This document shows, piece after piece, positions 60,907-64,000 of a stretch of DNA of 64,000 bases. How positions within the stretch are numbered: the first letter of the stretch is position 1; every line of letters begins with the position of its first letter. The notes beneath the pieces were generated by a model. The model did no database searches. It was given only the letters and a program-made list of their open reading frames with translations, and was not told where the DNA came from. The translations under genes and the position numbers were made by a program. This stretch comes from the human T2T-CHM13v2.0 reference genome, Homo sapiens, in assembly GCF_009914755.1 (NCBI RefSeq), contig NC_060925.1, one strand, 5' to 3'.

Positions 60907-62706
60907 AGAACCAAGAGCAAACAAACCCCAAAGTTAGCAGAAGACAAGAAATAATCAAAATCGGAGCAGAATTGAAGGAGACAGAGACACAAAAAAACCC
61001 TTCAAAAAAATCAATGAATCCAGGAGCTGGTTTTTTGGAAAAAAATTAATAAAATAGATAGACCACTAGCCAAATTAATAAATAAGAAAAGCAGAAGAAT
61101 CAAATAGACACAATCAGAAATGATAAAGGTGATATCACCACTGATTCCACATCAAAACAACCATCAGACAAACTATAAACAATTCTATGAACATAAAGTA
61201 GAAAAGCTAGAAGAAATGAATAAATTCCTGGACACATACACCCTCCAAAGACTGAACCAGGAAGAAATTGAATCCCTGAATAGACCAATAATGAGTTCTG
61301 AAATTGAGGCAATAATAAATAGCCTACCAACCAAAAAGAAGCCCAGGACCAGATGGATTTACAGCTGAATTCCACCAGAGGTATAAAGAAGAGCTGGTAC
61401 CATCTCTACTGAAACTATTCCAAAAAATTGAAAAGGAAGGACTCCTTTCTAACTCATTGTATGAGGCCAGCATCATCCTGATACCCAAACCTGGCAGAGA
61501 TACAACAGAAAAAGAAAACTTTAGGCCAATATCCCTGATGAACATTGATACAAAAATCCTCAATAAAATACTGGCAAATCAAATCCAGCAGCACATCAAA
61601 AAGTTTATTCATCATGATCAAGTTGGCTTCATCTCCAGGATGCAAGGTTGGTTCAGCATACACAAATCAATAAATGTAATTCATCACATAAGCAGAACTA
61701 AAGACAAAAACCACATGATTATCTCGATAGAGAAAGAAAAGGCCTTTGATAAAATTCAATATCTCTTCATGTTAAAAATTCTCAATAAACTAAGTATTGA
61801 AGGAACATACCTCAAAATAATCAGAGCCCTATATGAAAAACCCACAGCCAATATCATAATGAAAGGACAAAAAGTGGAAGCATTCCCCTTGAAAACCAGC
61901 ACAAGACAAGGATGCCCTCTCCCACCATGCCTATTCGACATAGTATTGGAAATTCTGGCTAGGGAAATCAGGCAAGATAAACAAATAAACAGTATTCAAA
62001 TAGGGACAGAGGAAGTTAAATTATCTTTGTTTGCAGATGACATGATCCTATATCTAGGAAATCCTATTATCTCAGCCCAAAAGCTTCTTAAACTGATAAG
62101 CAACTTCAGCAAACTATCAGGATACAAACTCAATGTGCAAAAATTGCTAGCATTTTTATACACCAACAACAGGCAAGCAGAGAGCCAAATCATGAATGAA
62201 ATCCACTTCACAATTGCTACAAAAAGAATAAAATACATAAAAATACAGCAGTCAAGGGAAGTGAACAACCTCTTGAAGGAGAACTACAAACCACTGCTCA
62301 AGGAAATCAGAAAGGACACAAACAAATGGAAAAACATTCCATGCTCATGGACAGGAAGAACTAATATTATGAAATGACCATACTGCCCAAAGTAATTTAA
62401 AAATTCAATGCTATTCCCATTAAACTGTCATTGACATTCTTCACAGAATTAGAATAAACTATTTTAAAATTCATATGGAATAAAAAAAGAGCCTGAATAG
62501 CCAAGACAATCCTAAGCAAAAAGAACAAAGCTGGAGGCATCATGCTACCCAACTTTGAACTATACCACAAGGCTACAGTAACAAAAACAGCATGGTATTG
62601 GTACAAAAACAGACACATAGACCAATGGAAAAGAATAGAGAACTCAGAAATCAGACCACACACCTACAACCATCTGATCTTCAACAAACCTCACAAAAAC
62701 AAGTAA

Positions 62707-62817
<111 letters not shown>

Positions 62818-62964
62818 TAGATTAAAGACTTAAATGTAAAACCCAAAACTATAAAAACCCTAGAAGAAAATCAAGGCAATACCATTCAGGACATAGGTGC
62901 AGGCAACGATTTCATGAGTAAAACACCAAAAGCAATTGCAACAAAAGGAAAAATTGACAAATAG

Positions 62965-63057
<93 letters not shown>

Positions 63058-63180
63058 TGACAAAGGTCTAATATCCAGAGTCTACAAGGAACTTATACAA
63101 ACATACAAGCAAAAAACAAACAACCCCATTAAAAAGTTGGCAAAAGACACGAACAGACACTTCTCAAAAGAAGACATTCA

Positions 63181-63480
<300 letters not shown>

Positions 63481-64000
63481 CACATTCATGTAGTCAGTAA
63501 ACAAACATGAAAAAAAGCTCAACATCACTGATCATTAGAGAAATGCGAATCAAAAATACAATGACACACCATCTCATGCCAGTCAGAATGGCAATTATTA
63601 AAAAGCCCAGAAACAACAGATGCTGGCAAGGTTGTGGATAAAAAGGAATTCTTATACACTGTTGGTAGGAATGTAAATTAATTTAACCATTGTGGAAGAC
63701 AGTATGGCAATTCCTCAAAGATCTAGAGACAGAAATACCATTTGACCCAGCAATCCCGTTACTGGGTATATACCCAAGGGAATATAAATCATTCTATTAT
63801 AAAGATATATGCATGTGTATGTTCATTGCAGCACTATCCACAATAGCAAAAACATGGAATCAACCCAAATGCCTATCAATGATAGACTGGGTAAAGAAAA
63901 TGTGGAACATATATACCATGGAATACTATACAGCCATAAAAAGGAACGAGACCATGTCCATTTAAAAGACATGGATGGAGCTGGAAGCCATTATCCTCAG

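Overview
Hominid genomic DNA, consistent with human 1q25.1 (an SVA element is present), with no prokaryotic-type features. Two genes lie in tandem on the minus strand. The first is the 5' part of SLC9C2 (NHE11, sperm-type Na+/H+ exchanger): a candidate non-coding exon 1 (~42902-43240) and eight coding exons from 41927 down to 13330, which splice with GT-AG ends into one open 1046-nt frame (348 codons + 2 nt). The gene continues beyond position 1. The second is the terminal exon of ANKRD45 (coding 50296-50366). The rest is mostly interspersed repeats: two near-full-length old L1s, a twin-primed L1, an SVA, about 25 Alus, LTRs and DNA transposons. Almost all ORFs in the supplied track are repeat-derived noise. 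The most notable structures are: (1) an 85-bp inverted duplication of a DNA-transposon end that supplies, and could sequester, the whole 3' splice site of SLC9C2 exon 3; (2) a 67-bp TSD-flanked, A-tailed insertion that looks like the retroposed 3' end of a spliced-out intron; (3) an SVA carrying a ~1.3-kb 3' transduction; (4) a 31-nt patch shared with a site 9.7 kb away, inserted in an L1 5'UTR; (5) a solo ERV1 LTR next to the SLC9C2 promoter. Gene and repeat family names come from recognition of sequence, not from database searches. Repeat boundaries without TSDs are approximate.
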